Below, one piece after another: positions 60,204-64,000 of a stretch of DNA of 64,000 nucleotides (position 1 is the first letter of the stretch; each line of letters starts with the position of its first letter). The stretch comes from a virus. The DNA lies in the IMG/VR virus record IMGVR_UViG_3300046167_000870, one strand, 5' to 3'. The notes below the pieces were generated by a model. That model had not been told where the DNA came from, ran no database searches, and saw nothing but the letters and a program-made list of their open reading frames with translations. A program made the translations under genes and the position numbers.

Positions 60204-60671
60204 CTATACTTCGATTATTTTGTGTATTTTTGTATTTAATTGATTCAATTCATTGTGTTGGGTAAGTAAAACACAATTTCTATAATGTTGCCAATCTACT
60301 TTAAATTTAGTATCAACAACACCATTATTAAGCTTTTTAATTAATTCATTTAAAGCATTAATAGTGTATAAGGTATTAGACTCCTTTTTTCTATGTACTA
60401 GAATAGTATTATCTGGAATAGAGTGAACATTACCCTGGTCTACGTTGTATGTAACAACATATTCATCACTTCCGACAATCTCTAAAACAAACATCTTATT
60501 ATAAATAATTACGTATTGGGATGTTATATTCTGGATTAGATCATCTAAGTGCTCTAGCGTGGTAAATGTACAAAACAGCTTGTTATTCAAATCTCCTATA
60601 TTATTTAATGATGTTTCAACATCATAATTCATCTTATACGTATTTAAGGGTCTATTTAAAGTCGTAATCAT
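60204..60671 (-). CDS. Hypothetical phage protein
   Basis: NKLFCTF, HRKKESNTLYTINALN. Confidence 0.7.
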   Translation of the reverse strand: MITTLNRPLNTYKMNYDVETSLNNIGDLNNKLFCTFTTLEHLDDLIQNITSQYVIIYNKMFVLEIVGSDEYVVTYNVDQGNVHSIPDNTILVHRKKESNTLYTINALNELIKKLNNGVVDTKFKVDWQHYRNCVLLTQHNELNQLNTKIHKIIEV

Positions 60672-61921
60672 AACCTTCTTTTGTTTTTATGTTAAATTTA
60701 TATTTTTTGAAAACATTCTTTATGTCTCCTATTAATTCTTTTTCTTCTTTATCCCAATCAAACAAAAACGAATCATAAGTATATAATACCAGTTTTGTTT
60801 TTTTACCTCTTAATAAACGAAGTACGTCCCATAGTATACGAACGTTCATTGACGTCTCCAAGTTTTGTAACAAATAATTAAACAGCTTTTTGCGGATTCA
60901 TGTTTTCCAACGTATCCTTTTTATAAACAAATTTTGAAACCGGGCACGTTATCTCTCCGTCGCTTTGAAATTTATACCAGAGTTCTTTTACGTATATATC
61001 AATTTTCTTAAAAAATTCGATATGTTTATATTGATCAAATACTCCTCCGTATAATTGCTTAAATGTCAGTTCCTTTGATTTACCGTAACTTACTCCATAG
61101 AGTTGTTGTAAATGACTGTGAATATCCACAGTGGCAAAATTATAATCGATGAGACGACAAGACAAACTAGGATGATAAGCGCTAATATCAATTTCGTACA
61201 AAATATCATTGCTTGGTACAAACGATTTTCTACATCCATTTTCCTTATTAAGTGCTGCATAGTTTACTCCTTTAAATTTGTTTGATGGTCTCGTTGTTGT
61301 AGTTTTAAGGTTGTATTGAGTGTAAACTTTGGGTCTACTCTCATCATAAAAGTGTTTTTTGAATTGTTCGGGATGTATTTGTATTCCCATCCTTTCGATG
61401 GCGTTGAACACCACGGATACTCTATGGTTAAAAAATTCGTCATAGTCTGTTTTTTTATGGTTAATATTATCTTTTAAATCATTGTATATTTGCTCACACA
61501 TTTCATAGTGTTTAACAACTGGAATAAAAGTATTAATACTTGGGTTATCTTTATGTTTATAATTTAATACCTCATGTGCTTTTGTATATGGTCGTATATA
61601 CGTAGTAGGAGGCACATTTATGTCGTAAAGAGCTTTGTTTGGAAAATAATGTAACATCTCCTTTTTATCGCGACAATACAAAATATCAAACTTATTTATC
61701 AATTCGTCTATACGCGTATTTAACGCATTCAATGTTTCACTATGTGAAACGCATAACATATAGCCTTTACTTGCATTAATCGGTCTAATATACACTAAAC
61801 TAATGCTATTTAATGTGGGGTGTACGTGGTCACTATAAGGGATTACCTCAATAAATGCTTGTTTGTAACCACTATTAATTAAAAATTTTATTTGATCTTC
61901 TTCTTCTACTAACCAGTACAT
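60652..61921 (-). CDS. Minimal family A DNA polymerase-like protein, one extra A at 60887-60891
   Basis: TTT.RPSN, N.AAL, DISAYHP (motif A), KELTFKQLYG (B), NYLLQ, YDSFLFD (C); repaired length 422 aa. Confidence 0.8.
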
Positions 61922-61941
61922 ATAACCATATTCAGGACATG

Positions 61942-61971
61942 AATATACGAATTATTTTGCTAGTAACCACT
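61942..61971 (-). promoter_or_regulatory. Class I promoter motif
   Basis: aatatacga...agtaacca, 21 nt upstream of the polA-like start. Confidence 0.65.
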
Positions 61972-62643
61972 TATTCTTGGAGAAGCGGTTGATTGTTTTC
62001 TTGATGGAGTTTCTTCAATATGAAATTTAGTAAATCGATTATTAAAATAACTTACAAACCCCATTATTTTATTTTGGGTTTCATATAATTTTACAATATT
62101 TTTATTTGTATTATAAACATCTTCTAATTTACCCTCTAAAACCCAATTAATAGTAATTGGAGTATATAATTGCCATTGTACTTTACCACTTTTATCCTTA
62201 TATAGTTGTTGTTGTTTTCCTTTTACTTCTATATATTGTACTTCATTATTTTTCTTTAAAAAGTATCTTTGGTACTCTCCTAATTCATAATCACTTTCTG
62301 TTGGTATACAAATTTCTTGTACTGGTTTGATAGGGGCATTATTTGTAGTATTATAATTTCTTCCTGTAGCACCGTAGTAAGGATAATCTATATTATAAAA
62401 AGATGATATTCTACCACTTTCAGGTTTTCGGTCTAAATTTTCTAAATATAATGGACTTTCATTATTAACCCCATTTTTAGGTTCAAGTTGTCTACTACCA
62501 TTTGCTTGGGGCGTAGCTCCACTATAATATTCTCCTTTTGAATTTATGTAATAAAATCCTTTATAGTCAGCCCCATTAATAGAAAGTTCACTTCCATTAG
62601 TGTATAGATTGGTTTTGACTTGGGATGAAGGATAATATGGCAT
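61960..62643 (-). CDS. Hypothetical (probably virion-associated) protein
   Basis: Follows hub-like gene; PTESDY..G.YQRYFLKK. Confidence 0.65.
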   Translation of the reverse strand: MPYYPSSQVKTNLYTNGSELSINGADYKGFYYINSKGEYYSGATPQANGSRQLEPKNGVNNESPLYLENLDRKPESGRISSFYNIDYPYYGATGRNYNTTNNAPIKPVQEICIPTESDYELGEYQRYFLKKNNEVQYIEVKGKQQQLYKDKSGKVQWQLYTPITINWVLEGKLEDVYNTNKNIVKLYETQNKIMGFVSYFNNRFTKFHIEETPSRKQSTASPRISGY

Positions 62644-62645
62644 AA

Positions 62646-64000
62646 TTATGGTAATTTAGTTATTTTTCCTGCTCTAAACTGTGCTTGAGCATCTAATATT
62701 TCTGCATTTACTCTTGGATCCGATCCTTTTATAACTCTTTCAGGTCTTGGTAACGATAAATGGAAGTGAGCACCTGATGCTACTGCTGTTGGTTCTCCAT
62801 ATTCATCTAAATAATACCAATTTTTAGGACCTACAATGAAACTATTTAATACTTTTTTAACTAATTCTAAATTAGTAGCTGTTGGGTTATTAATGGTAAA
62901 ATCAATAGCGTTACCTATCTCATGTCTACTTGTATAGTTTTTAACTTTATTATGGTGATATAAATCATTACCTGCTGTTATTGTAATTCTTATATTTGGA
63001 GCTTCTGTTCTCATAGCTTGTAAAACAGCAATTGTCATATCAGCACCTGCAGATGAAATATCTCCTCCACTAGTTAATTCTCCTTTTAAATTACCATCTG
63101 CATCTATACCTACTGTATATCCTCCTCCACCATCTTGGCCTGATAGTTTTTCTTCTATCTGTGGTATTGGTTTTATATATTCTCTAACTCTATCAGCATT
63201 TGGTGTTGGTCCTAAATATTCTGGTTTTCCATTTCCTCCACCTGTAACATAAGTTTCTGCTGCTTCTGATAATTCTGAGAAATTAAATTTACCTGAAACG
63301 AATGTTCTTGGGATAGTGACAGTATCAATAGATGTTGACCATGAATTTTCTGATATTTCATGGTTTACCTTTGAAACTAAAAATTTATAAGTTTTAGGAT
63401 ATTGATTAGGTAAAAACCCTTGTTCAACATTAATTTGATTATATATTTTAACACCTGATAATCCTTCAAATGTTAAACTCATATCTATAGGAATAAAACC
63501 TATCATTCCTGATGGTGCTCCAGTTTTTTGATAAAGTGTATTATTAATAGTTGTAACATAAGCATTAAATGCAGCTTTTCCTTCTTTTATAATAGCGTCG
63601 TTATATAAAAAGTAAGCGTATTTATTTTTAGCCGTATAACCTATTTTATCTTTACTTGCGACTGCACCAGCAGAATCATTAGTTCCTGCTGCAAAATCAC
63701 CCCCTAATAGTCTTGTTAAATAAAAAATATAATTATTTGAAAATTTAGCTGCCAATTCTTCATGGCTCATTTGCCCTGTAATTTTCTTCATCTTCTCAGC
63801 ATGTAAATAATCTGCTACTTTATTAACATACTCTTCCCAGTTTAACCCACCATTAGTGTCTTCACCTACAAAGGGGTAAACTGAGTTAACTAAAGCTATT
63901 CTATATCCTTTATTTTCAACCCCACAAGCTTTAAAAGTTTTGTTTTGAGAATAATTATCATCTCTTCTCTCTGATAAATCAGGATTAGTTATATTTGCTA
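62646..64000 (-). CDS. C-terminal part of a large tail/baseplate hub-like protein with M15-type Zn peptidase domain (open to window edge)
   Basis: Frame open to 64000; LTFEGLSG..FLVSKVNHEI...WST (hub-like); SRH..GNAIDF...HFH. Confidence 0.65.
   Translation of the reverse strand, partial: ANITNPDLSERRDDNYSQNKTFKACGVENKGYRIALVNSVYPFVGEDTNGGLNWEEYVNKVADYLHAEKMKKITGQMSHEELAAKFSNNYIFYLTRLLGGDFAAGTNDSAGAVASKDKIGYTAKNKYAYFLYNDAIIKEGKAAFNAYVTTINNTLYQKTGAPSGMIGFIPIDMSLTFEGLSGVKIYNQINVEQGFLPNQYPKTYKFLVSKVNHEISENSWSTSIDTVTIPRTFVSGKFNFSELSEAAETYVTGGGNGKPEYLGPTPNADRVREYIKPIPQIEEKLSGQDGGGGYTVGIDADGNLKGELTSGGDISSAGADMTIAVLQAMRTEAPNIRITITAGNDLYHHNKVKNYTSRHEIGNAIDFTINNPTATNLELVKKVLNSFIVGPKNWYYLDEYGEPTAVASGAHFHLSLPRPERVIKGSDPRVNAEILDAQAQFRAGKITKLP

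Overview
AT-rich (about 30% GC), gene-dense segment of a large lytic T4-like/jumbo dsDNA phage. Essentially every credible gene is on the minus strand. A Bacteroidota (Flavobacteria-like) host is inferred from a type IX secretion C-terminal domain and from TTTG-N19/20-TAnnTT promoter motifs. Right to left in transcription order: partial tail/hub protein with a peptidase fold; minimal PolA, SSB, RecA/UvsX, 5'-3' exonuclease, helicase and NrdAB; a ~8 kb operon of signal-peptide proteins (PA14-dockerin, cohesin-dockerin, cohesin-T9SS CTD, CsgG-like protein, two beta-barrels, Cys-less thioredoxin), the most unusual element here; possible lysis genes; a 7-deazaguanine DNA-modification cluster (TGT/DpdA-like, queC, queD, queE, folE) with two tRNAs, a PRTase and a MazG-like pyrophosphatase, followed by a PolB split into two genes; clamp and clamp loader; sHSP, GroES and GroEL; a nucleotide-sugar/glycosyltransferase block; DNA ligase; many small ORFs; and a GT25-lysyl-hydroxylase (PLOD-like) fusion with further oxygenases. 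Four genes, including both polymerases, each carry one apparent extra base. All protein assignments come from reading motifs by eye, not from database searches.
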